Shown in pieces: positions 13,831 to 27,500 of a DNA stretch of 64,000 nucleotides; position 1 is the stretch's first letter, and each line of letters begins with the position of its first letter. The translations under genes were made by a program, and so were the position numbers. Source of the DNA: Bugula neritina (taxonomy: Eukaryota; Animalia; Bryozoa); assembly GCA_964035545.1 (NCBI GenBank), contig OZ037770.1:8190973-8254972 (forward strand), given 5' to 3'. The notes beneath the pieces are model-generated. The model was not told where the DNA came from and ran no database searches. It worked only from the letters and a program-made list of their open reading frames with translations.

Positions 13831-14004
13831 ATAAATAAAATACATCTTAACATTACATCTTAACATTTTATCTGAAGATTGTGTACATTCAATGCACATG
13901 AAACTAGTAGTAATAAAGTGTTTTAAATCAAATTTTATCGTTCATTACTTTTATTTACTCTGCTCTGCACTGCATTGAGCTCTCTTTAGTGGTAAACTAT
14001 ACAC

Positions 14005-14009
<5 letters not shown>

Positions 14010-14079
<70 letters not shown>

Positions 14080-14114
14080 ATATATATAATATATATAATA
14101 TATATGTATATATA
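14010..14114. repeat. (TA)n microsatellite at the truncation point of the BEL element
   Basis: Direct. Confidence 0.95.
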
Positions 14115-17100
14115 ATTTTTCCAACGCGTACACCCTCGTAAACATGAAACCTTGTTGACTTCTTTTGGAGCATCTTGAGCACCGTTTCAGAATCTATAAG
14201 CTGATAAACTTTCTCAAACTCATAGCGCATTTCAGTCTTAATAACTTGTCTGCCTCTCTTTGACCATACGGCCGCATTGAGTTCTAGTTGAGGAATCTTG
14301 AGTTGTTGTTTCATGGGTGCTATACGACATTTAGCTGTAGCTTTGTTTACCCCTTTAGCAGTCACTTTAGATTCTGCCCTCTCATTGGTCGGAACAGGCG
14401 TGGATTGTGTGATAGAGGTACTGCTAGTAAATTCATACTTTCTTTTCTCTATAGACATAGACGTAGAGTCATTGACTTCCAAAGATCTGTTCAACTGTCT
14501 AGAACTGATTTGTTCTGCAGACTCAGTGACTGGGTCTCCCGGGCTCTGTAACGGATCCGAGTCATTGGCTGACTCAATCATACAACATTCAGTGGCGATA
14601 GTATGTGGTTCACCACAATCTATAATATGCTGAGATCTTGAAAATGACTTTGGAAACTGACTGGGAGATGCGTCGGGACTATTGACACTGCAGGCCGGCG
14701 TAGAAACTGTAGACAAGTCCAAATCACAACTGTTGAGCGTGCCGTTGTGAATGCTTTGAGCAAATTCGACTTCCTCTAACTTTTTATGCATCACGGTAGC
14801 CTGTACGTGGAAAGATGAAGATGGAAGTGTAGAAAAGTTGCTAAGGGCCGGGTGTGATCCCTGCATACACAGTCCAAAGGGTCCAGAATATACATAGAGG
14901 TGAGGCCCCGCTTGATCAACTAGGTGTTTTGGATGCAATCCAAGAAGATCGTTACCAATTAGCAGGTCGATGGGTCCCGTCTTCTTCAATAGCTTGTCAG
15001 TATCTACTTTTGGGAAGAGAGATTCGAGGATGTTTGCATCAAGTGGCCTGTTGATAGCCCCTGTGAGTTTCCGAAGACTGTAAGCTAGAATCGTAAAGGT
15101 CTTTCCCTTTGAAGTTTGTAACTTTACTTCGTAAATAGTAGAAGTTTCGCTAACTTCATGTTCACCAAGTGTGTTCATTTCTAAATTCACCTTATCTATT
15201 TGTCGCGCACCCCACGCTTTAGCGGCTCTCTCCGATATGAATGAAGCATTGGATCCGCCGTCAAAGAATATAATAGCTGTATGAGATGTACCCACTACTT
15301 GGGCCTGCTGAATGGCAAATACTGTAGCATTTCCTGGATGATTGTGCGCTCCATGATTGGGAGACACTTGGACCGTGGTGCCAACAGCGGACGCTTCAGA
15401 ATTCTCGTTACTCTTGTGCTTAATTTGATTAGTTTTTACTTTATTCTTGTTGGTATTACAATTGGTATGTGTATTAGTTTCAGCTGATTTGATACACAAT
15501 AATACATGGTGGGTTGTTTTATCACAGACTGAACAAGGGGTTCGGAAATTTGGACAGCGCTTAGGCTCATGGGCACCCAAGCACCTAACACATAGAGAAT
15601 TAGTTTTTATTAACTTGTATCTTTCATCTACAGATAACGCCAAGAAATTTCTGCACTCAACAAGACAATGACGCTCACTGCGATGAATAAAACAGTAATT
15701 CTCACTATCAATGGTTTTGTTATTATTAGTAGACCTGTTACTACTAGACTTTGGGCCACTGCTTTCAGTGTGGAACGCTTTCACCTTCTGTTTACGCATA
15801 CTGGAGGACTGCGGGTTTAGAGTTTCTATGCGTCTGAGGGCTATCTGCCGTTCCTGCTCTAGAAACCTCATGAGGTGTGGGAATGGCTTGATTCTCTCCT
15901 CGTGAGTAAGTGAGTGAAAGTGTCTATCCCAGTCCCGTCTAATGCTTGTAGGTAATAGGTCTGCAAGAGTATCGACTTGTGGCAGCGTAACAGTTTGCAA
16001 AAGTCCCACTTCACCGAGTTGGCTGTACGAACTTTCCACTGCGTTGGCCATTTTGACGAGTTCTCGTGCATCTCCTTCCTTTACTGGCTTTAGTTCTTGT
16101 AAATTGTTGAAGACTGCTTGCACACTCATGCTAGGATCGTTGTAGACCTCTTCTAATCTACACATCATTTTCTCGTAAGCTTGGGGCTGAGTTGCGAAGA
16201 TTGGCTGAACCATCTCCAGAGCTTCGCCTGTGAGAAATTTTTTTAATTCACAAGCCCTATCAACATCATCGTAAAACATAGTGGCATATCTTAGCCATAC
16301 TGACCTAAATTCCGGCCAATGGTATCTAGTGCCGTTAAATGGCTTGGGTTGTGAATGAGTTTTATGTATAGATGAATTGAAGTTATTTCCACCTGTATGT
16401 CTAGAGTCATAACTTATCTGACTAGTTCCATTAGGGTAGCTATCATATGCATTGACAACCGAGGAAGTTGCGCCGCGAATTAAAGATTCAGAATGAGCTG
16501 CACGATCAGAACTACCATGTAGATCACGTACTGAAAATGTAGAAGAACGAACATCTCTGACATTGGTACTTGCTATGACACCTGGATTTGACGCCAAAGC
16601 TTCACCGGATGTGTGATCTTCCCGTAGTACTTGCCTATCACTACCGCTTGCTGTGACACCTGGATTTGGTGCAAGAGTAGCCTCATGTGTGCTAGGGTGT
16701 GATCTAGAAGGAAACAACCGACTCGACGCGACCATAGTCGGTGCATGACTCGCGCCGTCTGAAGGTGACCCCCCACTCATACCGCTCTCCGCAAGACCGA
16801 ACCGGACCACAGACGGATCAGATTCACGGTGTTCGAAATTCATGCTCTGTGACTGAGCCCTTGACATAAGAGTAAACTTAGACATACAATAATCTAAAGA
16901 TAAAATAACTTCATCTAGTTCTAATAATAAATCAGAAAAACCTATGGTATCTGCCAAACTTTCTGAAAGAGCTACACATTTCCTATGATGTTCAGTGATA
17001 AGAGTATTGTCAGTACAATCAGCAACTAATCCATTGGCTTTCTTAATTGCTAAAATAAGGCTGTGCTTGATTTTATAGAATTTGCTATGCCAAGTATTAC

Positions 17101-17588
17101 AGTCAGAAATAGCTTTGTCATAACTAGCCTTTACAGCTTGATAGTACTCTACTGGACTCATCTTATTAACATAAGCAATGTCTTCCATAGATTCATCTGA
17201 TGAAACGTATTCCAAAAAGTCATAATGGATAGTTAGAAACTCTTGATATGTAGATTCAAGCTGAGATCGCAGGCATTCCACTTGTGTAGAGTTGCTACTA
17301 GAGATTGCTGATTCTATGAGATTAGTTAGCATTGTTACCTTAGACCTCAGAGTAGTACGTTGCTTCTTGAGATTAACTATGTCCTGTCGGTCCATGTCGC
17401 CTCAGCAATATTGGTACTGTATCGGTTTGTGTTTGTGTCTGGTTGCAAGATATGCTTTAACTGCTAACCAACTTGGCAACGGATTTGACAGTTAATAAAC
17501 TCGAAAACCCGTTGCCAAGTTGGTACTTGCTATGACACCTGGATTTGACGCCAAAGCTTCACCGGATGTGTGATCTTCCCGTAGTACT
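14115..17588 (-). mobile_element. BEL/Pao LTR retrotransposon derivative: open gag-protease ORF joined to an RNase H/Peptidase_A17 piece; RT, integrase and LTRs not seen
   Basis: ORF starting 17395: FNGTRYHWPEFRSVW (DUF1759-like), three knuckles CFIHRSERHCLVEC/CVRCLGAHEPKRC/CSVCDKTTHHVLLC, protease FFDGGSNASFI, then AKCRIAPMKQQLKIPQLELNAAV...DSETVL. Confidence 0.9.
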
Positions 17589-18065
17589 ATTGCTCTGCCA
17601 GCTAATAGTAGCTTTGGTGAAAGCTTTTGAAGCTTGAAAGCTTTAATGATTGGCTGCCTGCCAATACTTCTGGGTGGCATACCAATACAGAAGTGTAGTA
17701 TGAGTATGAAGTAATACACAATCCAAGGAAAATGTGATATACTCTCTGAAAGCAAAGTGAAGGACAGTGTTAAAAGAATTGAAAAAAGTAAAAAACATCG
17801 CATAACTTTGAGCATATATACATAACTTGATTTATTTAATATATAACACAATCACTATGTTCCTTTCCACTATGCTAATGAATTTTTTATTTGATGTGTG
17901 GAAGTGGGTTCATTGAATGAAGAGACATGAGTTAAACCAAACCGAGACCACAACTTCATTCGTACAAGTCTGACCAGACTTGGGGAACGCAGTGAAAAAA
18001 TGCCTAATTTAAATTATTACAGCCCCAAATAACTATATTTGATAATAGCAGGGTTGTTTAACTTA

Positions 18066-18408
18066 GCCTAGGGCCACAGAGTGCGTATTTTCGCATGCGA
18101 AAATTGAAATCACAAGTAGCAAAGGTGTCCACAGTGGGCGTTGAGAAAACATTCGCACTTGTCGCTCAGCATATTCAACACAAGCGGAATCGTCTCTGTC
18201 GTCGTCACCTGATTGGCTGGTAGTTATTCAGCGAGCCCAATTTCTTTATTTTAGTGCTACATTCCAGTAAATTGCGTTTTATTGAAAGCGAGTGCGATTT
18301 AAAAATGAAAGCTTTATTTATCACGCATCACTGACGCTACAGTGGACACCTTTGCTACTTGTGATTTTAATTTTCGCATGCGAAAATACGCACCGTGTGG
18401 CCCTAGGC
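18066..18408. mobile_element. PIF/Harbinger (Tourist)-type MITE, 343 bp
   Basis: Long TIR GCCTAGGGCCACA..GTGCGTATTTTCGCATGCGAAAATT; TTA target duplication at 18063-65 and 18409-11; second copy at 59450-59792. Confidence 0.92.
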
Positions 18409-18412
18409 TTAC

Positions 18413-18583
18413 TTTGTTCGCTGTTGACGACGGAAAATATACACCAGCAAAGCGAGTACTACAAGTAGGGTAACAGCAACAACCACCCCTACTATTATTG
18501 GAGTAAAGTTGACCTTAGTCTTAGCCTCAGCTATACAGTCAGAGTCACTGTATCCTGCAGAAGTGAATCCTCTCATGTAGACA
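18413..18583 (-). CDS. Transmembrane exon of FN3 receptor
   Basis: VYMRGFTSAGYSDSDC...IIVGVVVAVTLLVVLALLVYIF-RRQQRT; tttacag acceptor, GTAAG donor. Confidence 0.9.
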
Positions 18584-21500
18584 CTGTAAACATGAGTATA
18601 TACTATAATATACAGTGTGTATATACTATAATATACAGTGTTTATGATTATTATATACATGTATATACTGTAAACATGAATATATAGTATATTATACAGT
18701 GTTGATATACTATAGTATACAGTGTATATTTAGTATATTATACAGTGTGTATGATTATTATATACATATTGTATATACTGTAAACATGAATATAATATAC
18801 TATATTATACAGCGTGTATATACTATATTATACTGTGTATAAACACTGTAATACTACAGTCAGAATCTGTACAATACACAATAAACTCACCAATATTGCT
18901 GGTTGGACTTGAGTGGACCATTACATAGTCTTGTGTCTCCATCTTTACAACTTGTATCAGTTCCAACATTAATCTGGGTACTGCTTGCCACAGCCCTACA
19001 AAAATACAGACTATCCAGTAACTTACTACCAGTAACTTACTAACTACCAGTAACTCACTAACTACCAGTAACTCACTAACTATCAGTAACTTACTAACTA
19101 CACAGTAACTCACTAACTACCAGTAACTCATCAACCCCCAGTTACTTTGCAATGGGAAGTCAATGTATATTATATGTAATTTTCAGTCAAGTTCATGATA
19201 GCTTATAATACACACATATCTCAAACTCAATGATAGTGGATATAGTCAAGTCACTGGTTGTGTTACTGTAGATAGAAATATTAACCTCTGTAACAGCTTC
19301 TGACTCATTAATATTTTTGGAATATCTTAATATAATAATACATGTCAGGTGACACTGTAATTGAACATAAACTAAATATAACATCCTCAAGTTTACCTTT
19401 TCTTTCTGTTAGAATTGGTTGGCCAATCAGAAGGACTTTTCTCAGGTGCTGAAATAGCATATGGTTCTTTGAAATCATTTTTCTTAGCTTCTGCCCATGA
19501 GGCTACACCAGGAACTGCATTGCTTAGTTTATCTATATATATTTAATAAACATAATATAGATCCTGTTTGCTAGATGATTAAAATAATTCTTTGATATGA
19601 GCGGCTATATAGCACATCAAGGAACTAACCATAATGTATGTATTGGTATAGGTAACACAACTTTACTTCAAAATAAACGTCAATTTTGAATAGCCACTGA
19701 GCAAAGTTACAGATCGAGATATAGAAACACAAAGTCACTTTAATACCTATTTAATATTACATAATTATTGTAGACTGTCACAGTTTGAAGAGATGTGATG
19801 AGACTTAACACATGGGTATTACGGAAAGAAGACAACTACCACAACACAAATACATACATGTCTATATAGCTTTTACCTTCTCGGAATTGCTGATTAGAGG
19901 CTTGTCCTATAACTAGAATTTGGTATTTAATAATATTTCCTGAATTCAGAGAAAACATCGTGGTTACATCAGATGGAAGATAGAATGATATTTGGCTAAT
20001 TTGTTCATCCACACTGAGTTGTTCTTTTACTGCATCGGATACCTTAGGAACTGCTGTGGGAGCTGAAAAAGAAAATATTGAAAGGACTAAAAAGAAACAA
20101 TCAACATGATGCATAAAACAATTCTTATTTTCATTTTAATTTGTCAAACGTTATGATTGAAGAAGCCATCATACATTGATTAAGCAGAGAGAATACTATA
20201 GTGTAGACACACATATCACATAACCAACTGTTCCTATATCCATCACATAGAGAGACAGTTTGATGGTAACAAGTTACATATAATATACCAGAGCATATAT
20301 GACATCACCAACAATACAGGGAGACATACTTGATTCTAGAGTGCTGACAGTTCTAATTGCTGTTTCTCCCGAACCCTCTGGAGAATTCTGCAGATACTCA
20401 GTTCTTGCTTGTATTGATACTGTGTACTTTTTATTGTGTGAGAGACCACTGGTTAATCTATAACTCTTGGCTGTAGAGTCCACCTACATAGTTCAGTAGT
20501 GTTAAACTATATACTTATATACTAAGGCTAATATATGCTCATCTCTTACACTGAAGTTCTCACACACTCATCTCTCACCTCTTTAGTTTCTGCTCCTCTA
20601 GATGGAGGGTTTAGCACTTCTTTCCACTGAATCCTGTAACCAGTAATCACACCATTAGGTGGATTTGGCTCCTCCCAACTAATGTCTATATATGGTGACT
20701 TTATACTCCCACTAGTGTCTATCCCAGCTGATGGGTTATTTAATATTGGTTTTGTAGGAACTAATAAAACAACACAGAATACTGCATGGTAAATAAAGTT
20801 CTAGAAATCCAAGCAAACTCTCTTAATACAAATTCTACATTAAAACCACAAGCTTTAAGAATATCTGCAACTGAGAAGACTTGACATAACTGACTTGTTT
20901 ATTCTCATAATTATGAGATGCTCTTGGCATTTCTCTCCTATAAAAACTGAGAATAACACATTTCAATGCTCAGATTTTAGGAATAGATTATAAGTTGTAA
21001 ACTATTAAAACAGTTATAAACATATATTTGATGTACTTACGGTATTGTTTAGTTCTCTGGAGTATATCTCGTGAGTCACCATAACCTGCTGATGTTTTAG
21101 CTTGAACTGATACTGTGTACTCAGTATAGGGTTCAAGGCCAGTGATATTGTATTCAAGAGAATCCTACAGTAATTATTAACTTTATGTTCATAGGTCAAA
21201 AGTTTACAACACATTGAAATATATTGCCGCAGATAAAATTATTACTTTGTTCTGGAAAGTAGCAGTCAACAGGAGTTGAGAGTATGCAAATGAAAAGGCA
21301 GGTTATAGTAGAGCAAGTCATAACACAACACTATAGCACAGGAGAGTATTACCTAACATACACTGACGACTCCCACAATAAACGAGTTAAACTGAAAAAT
21401 ACTGATATCTGAGAAAAATTAATGTATCAAAGTAACTGGTACAACATATGAATTGTGGAGAATTGGCTTAACCATTACTAGACAGTTCTTGTATGTAACC

Positions 21501-24500
21501 TATCAGTAGTGATACAGAATATAACGAAGTGTAGATACAGAGTAGTTAAACTATCTGTTTCCTTCACAAAATTAGAATATTTTATGAACCTATATGTATA
21601 GCCTACATCAAGATAGCTACTACGGTCTCACAACTACAGAATTAAAATTAAGATAGTCACTTTTAGTAGGGTCTCACAAAAACAGAATCAGAATTGATAT
21701 TATTAGACACTCACATCAGCTGAGACATTTATTGATGCTGTACGACTGGGTAGAACTGATATTCTGTAACTTTTAATAACTCCAACACCTTCACTTGAGA
21801 CACTGGTCCAGTTAATATATATTGAAGAGTGAGTATATGACAGGATGTTGACAGTGTCAGGAGCATTAGGACCTGTAACAGTATGTAGGGTATCAAATAT
21901 ATCATGTGTCAACTAGTGTATATGTCAACCAGTGTATGTATCAACTAGTGTATGTGTCAACTAGTGTATGTATCAACCAGTGTGTGTGTCAACCAGTGTA
22001 TGTTTCAACTAGTGTATGTATCAACTAGTGTAAGTGTCAACTAGTGTATGTGTCAACTAGTGTATGTATCAACTAGTGTATGTGTCAACTAGTGTATGTG
22101 TCAACTAGTGTATCTGTCAACTAGTGTATGTGTCAACTAGTGTATGTGTCAACTAGTGTATATGTAAATCAGTGTATGTATCAACCACTGTATAAATCAA
22201 CCAGTGTGTGTGTCAATTATGTCAACCAAATTCTTGAATATTAATCAGCTATCATTCTAATATGACTAAAAAACCAATTACAATGTTATATATTAAAAAA
22301 ACATCACAACATTTCCAAAATTTCCTAAAAATCATAAATTTATAAATTTACTGTAGCACATATATACATAACAAACATAAAATCTAATGGCTCAAAAAGA
22401 TTAAAAAGTCTACTAAGTAACTTTGAGGAGTGAAGAGATTACTTGTAGAAAGTTAACATAACGGATTTACGTTTTTCAGTTGTGGTAGCATTTTCTTGAC
22501 TTGAAGATGGTTTTTTAGTGTTAAAGGCCCAAACAACAAATGTGTAATTGGTGAAAGGGGACAGCTTAGTTACAGTGTAGGATATGGAAGAGAAATCTGC
22601 TGACTTTAGTATTACATCACCCAGTCTATTGGTGCATTCTACAACCTTTTCATCTATTGCTGCTGTGTAGTTGTGTTCTCTTCTCTGTAACAACACAATC
22701 TCTGATTACCTGACTGTGTTGTGAGTACAAGTGACACTCTACACAGGAAGGAATTATGATTTACCCGACAGTCTTCACAGGAAATGAGAGCAGAGCTGAC
22801 ACAAGTACTATTAGAGAGTAGTTTTGTTTGAATCACATAGGCTACTACTACTCCGTTCTCTTGCACAGGTTTATTCCAAGTTAACGTGACGCTAGAGCTG
22901 GTGGCTCCAGTTGCTGTGAGGTTTGCTACTGGACCAGGTTCTTTCAGAGAGTAAATGGAATACATACATCAGAAGATATAATAAACACTATCAATATCAT
23001 ATGGTGAGCCATGTAAACAGATGAGCAAATACAACATTTTAAAAACATGATATAGTAATTCAAGTGTATAATAGTAAAATAACACAACTAAATACAGAGC
23101 TAAAGACACTTGATAGAATATATTTATATCATGTAATAGAAGTGAACATACTCTCTTCATCAGTTGTAACATCTACTTTCTCTGTATAATTACTATACTT
23201 GTAGGAGCCAGGTCTCTCTACATCTGCAGCTTGAGCTCTAACAGTGAAACTGTATAAAGTATCTGCACTCAGTGAAGAGTACTCTTTGAATGTGGTGCTA
23301 CCAGAAACTGTATCTGTTAAAGTAAAGACTACCTCATGTTACCAGATAGATATAGAATACACACTATGTATCACACTAGATGACTCTCACAGCTATATAT
23401 AAGTAGTCTAGTATCATATACAACATGTATGGCTAGTGACAGGGTGTACCTATACCCTCACCTGTGATATTCCCTTCTGGTGTGGAGAGCACAGTCTCAA
23501 ATCCATCTCTTCTACCAGTTCCTAAACTCCAAGTAAAATTCAGCATACTGCTTCTTGGAGGAATCTTCACTTCAACTGATTCTGGTTTGGTTGGAACTGC
23601 AGAGAAACGCAAAGGAATGCAGGTACGAGGAACTAGTGGTCACTAGCAAGATGGAGGGAGGTGGTAGCAAGAGTTCACAGGTAAACTTGAAGTATTTGTG
23701 AAACTTAAAAATAAATTAAGAAGAATAGATAACTTTAGATAGGTTAACACTGAGTTCTCATAAAAACAAATATACACAAAGCTAATGAGAGAATAGAGAT
23801 CAGTTACCCAATACCCAAGGAAAAATAGCGGCTATATATACAAATACTAATAAAACTTCAAACTGCATTATAATGTAATACAGGGCTGAAAGAGCATATT
23901 ATAAAAACAATCATATAGTATGTAGATGTAATCAGACAAGAGCCACTTAGTAATGATAAAATGAGAAAGTTTGCAAAAGTAAATTTAATATAACGCTAAT
24001 AACGGATGTAGTAAATTGTTAGAAGTGCAAATGATGACCACTGCAAAAACTACAAAAACAGGGGAGCCAGTCACAGTGAAATACAAACTTATCTCTAATT
24101 TTCTTCAAAATACTAATAGGCTTGCAAAAAAATAGAACAACTAGTACCAACTAATATGGGTAATAACCAACAAATTTTAAATGCTGACAACCTAGAGCTG
24201 ACTTAAAGTCATGGCAAGTCAAGTCAACTGTTAACCAAGTCAAGTTAAAAACAGCAAAACTTGAGCTGACTTGAATTAGTTTGAATAGATTTGCAAGAAA
24301 CAACTCCAATTATGCACATATTACAAAGCATGCTGGGTTATTACATGAATTTAGCATTGAAAAATATCACTATTTTGGTTCTAGCCATTTTGAAGTCAAC
24401 ATTTATTAATCAATAAGAAATAAAACCCAAAAAACTACCATAAATTAAAATAAATCAAGTCTGTTTTTCATATTAAAACCATTAAAATTATTATGATAAA

Positions 24501-27500
24501 ATTGAAAAATAAAACTAAGCAGTTTGATACTTTGACCAGCATAGAGTCTGAGCAACAAAACACTGAATATGATATTATTATTATGAATAGTACAAGTTGT
24601 AAATACAAGACATGTGGAAACAACTCACCAACTGTGTATTTAACCTCATTACTTTGTGGACTCCTATTACCGGTAGAGGAGACAAATTTAACAACAAATG
24701 TGTATCCGTGTCCCTCTGTGAGACTGTCTATGGTATAGGGGCCATTGGTATTTCCAGTAGTATTACCACTTGTAAGTTTATTATCAGACTAAAACATATT
24801 ATAAATTTACTTAAAATGTATTCACGAGATAATATTATCGCTGTCACAGCTTTTAGTAAATCAAAAAGTACAGTAGGAAACACACAAATAACAGCTGCCA
24901 ACGAATCTGAAATGAAACTGAATAACAAGTTAAACATCACTATCTCATGTGAGTGTACAGAGACTTACATCTATGTAGGTAACTTCATAATAACCAATAT
25001 CAGCCATCCCTGGAGGTTCATCCCATTTCAGAGTAACCGAGGTGTCTCTACGTTCTGTTATCATAAGATTCTCAGGAGATGATAGATCTGAACATTTATA
25101 CATTACACTGTGATTATAATATATAAATAGTTAAAATATGACTAGGAAAGAGCAGAAATAAAGAAATATAGTGATAGTATGGTCTTGAATATGTTACAGC
25201 ACACAAGAAGCTACCTGACTCAACTTCATTGAAGTCCACCCATCCACTCTGTACAGAGTCAGAAGTAGTGTTCACATAAGCTTGTATAGACACAGTATAG
25301 ACCCTTCCTAGAGTAGCACCTTGCAGAGTGTAAGTTCTCACTGTGTTATCTGGAATATCTAAAGGGAAGTTCCTATCACCACACAACCCTGTATAACAGA
25401 ATATTATACAGAATACAGCCATAGCAGAGTCTGTAATATTACAGAGACACCCAACATCTAGTAAACATACCTTCCCCTTTTTAGGAAGTGTCTGAGCTGA
25501 GAATATAAAGTAACCATGTGAGGTACATAAGCAGCAACAACATAATGGAATGACTGGTATGCAAGTGGCAACTACGTTACAAGATGATGGTTTACTTTTG
25601 ATTAGTCTTAGTTTCTGACTGTGTGAAGCTAAGTTATTGTATAGGATAATCATCAAGTTAATTACTAAATTCTTGACAGATAACATCAACTCCTTCTTAG
25701 CTATTAACATCTAATGAAAGTGTAGAAAATAAATAATCTTACCTACAGCTGGGATACAGCTCAACCTGAATCCACTGACAACATGTGTATCATCATACGT
25801 CCATTCTAGAGTGATGTTTGTACCTGAGGGGTTTGCTCTGGTTGGAACTACATCTGATGGAACTGTTGGAGCAGAAAGAGAAGACAATATACCTGTGTGC
25901 TAAGATATTTGTGTATTCTGTATAGTATATAGTAGTTGATGATTAATTTGTTAGGATATGCTGTTAGTGTCAGGTTAGTATCAGGCTAGTATTGATCAAC
26001 ATGTTAGTGTACACTGAACAGTGGGCCAAGTAATGACAATCAATCTATAAACAATTAAATGTCTACGATCAAATTATTTTATATCTAAAAGTTACAAAAT
26101 CAGCAACATGGAAATTAAAAAATCTAAAAACAAGTTCAACGGTCATGAGAGAGTTTTCAACGAATTTCACAAGAGAAAATGCGGGCAATGTGCTACGGGC
26201 ATATGTGAAGTATTCTGTCAAAGCAGAAAATGGTGCAATAGACAATACCAACTAGTTTGATAACTAGAGTAATGGTAATGTCATACTTATACCAACTAGT
26301 GCGGAGCATGTAACAGGCAGTAAGCATTAGAAACTCATAAAACAAAAGCTGAGAAAGCACTTTGTGAAGCTGTCTGAAGTCCCCAGCAAATATTTGTATG
26401 CAGTGTATGGAATATGGTAAGTGAATCAATACAAAAATTCAGTACTATTCTCTGGTGTGAAAGGTACATCATTACTGATTACAGTTACAGTAAATATGTA
26501 CGTTTCTCCAGGAGTCAAGTTATTTATAGTAACAGAACTACCACTTCCACGAGGTACACCTTCCAAAGAAGGATGGGAACATGGAGAGCTACATTTAACT
26601 TCTACTCTTACAGAATCCCAAAACATGTTAGAATGTTAGCAGTTAGAAGAAGCTCAAGTGTACATAATATAAAGCCTAGCATAAACTTGCATTCACACAA
26701 GTTTATAGCCGTCATTCCTATTAGACATCTTTGATAAAAAGGTTTTCAGTAAGTCCATCTAAGGACTTATTCAGAGGAGGCAGAGAAGCAATTATAACTG
26801 GATGCTTTTCCTCACATCACCAATGGCCTTTGTCTGGGGTTCAAACTCATGACTTCATACGACTTACTAGGCAAACGCTCTAACTCCTAGACAACGGCTG
26901 CTCCTCAAAATAGACTTGCGCAATAAAACAATATAATAAATCGGCTGAAATGCTAAGCTGTAATATTTGCATAAAAACTGCATAGTGTTAAACTCTGAAA
27001 TGTAGTAAAACAACAGGAAACGTCAAAATTAGTTGTGAGCCTCTGCCTTATTAAATCACTCAAAAACTAGCTAGAGTAGAAGAGAAACTTCAATAGCCCA
27101 AATTTTCTAACTATCTTTTTACACAGAGTTATAAATTACTTTGCATAATAAAGTATAAAACAACAATGTTTCTCCCATACTTATTCATATATATATATAT
27201 ATATATATATATCAGCAAACATGACTAATTAACCCATTGTAATGTTATATATCATATTAAACTGCATCAACATATGTATTTTATGGACTTTCTAAACTTA
27301 TAAAGTCACAGTTGTACATATAATATAAAGCATTAAACAAGCATGAAATCTAACGAATTGAGAAAATTAAAGAAGTCTACTAAATAACTTCACCAATCAG
27401 TAAAGGGAATACTTGTAGAAAGTTAACATAACAGCCTTACGCTTCTTAGTTGTGGTAGTATTTTCTTGACTTGAAGATGGTTCTTTAGTGTTAAAGGCCC

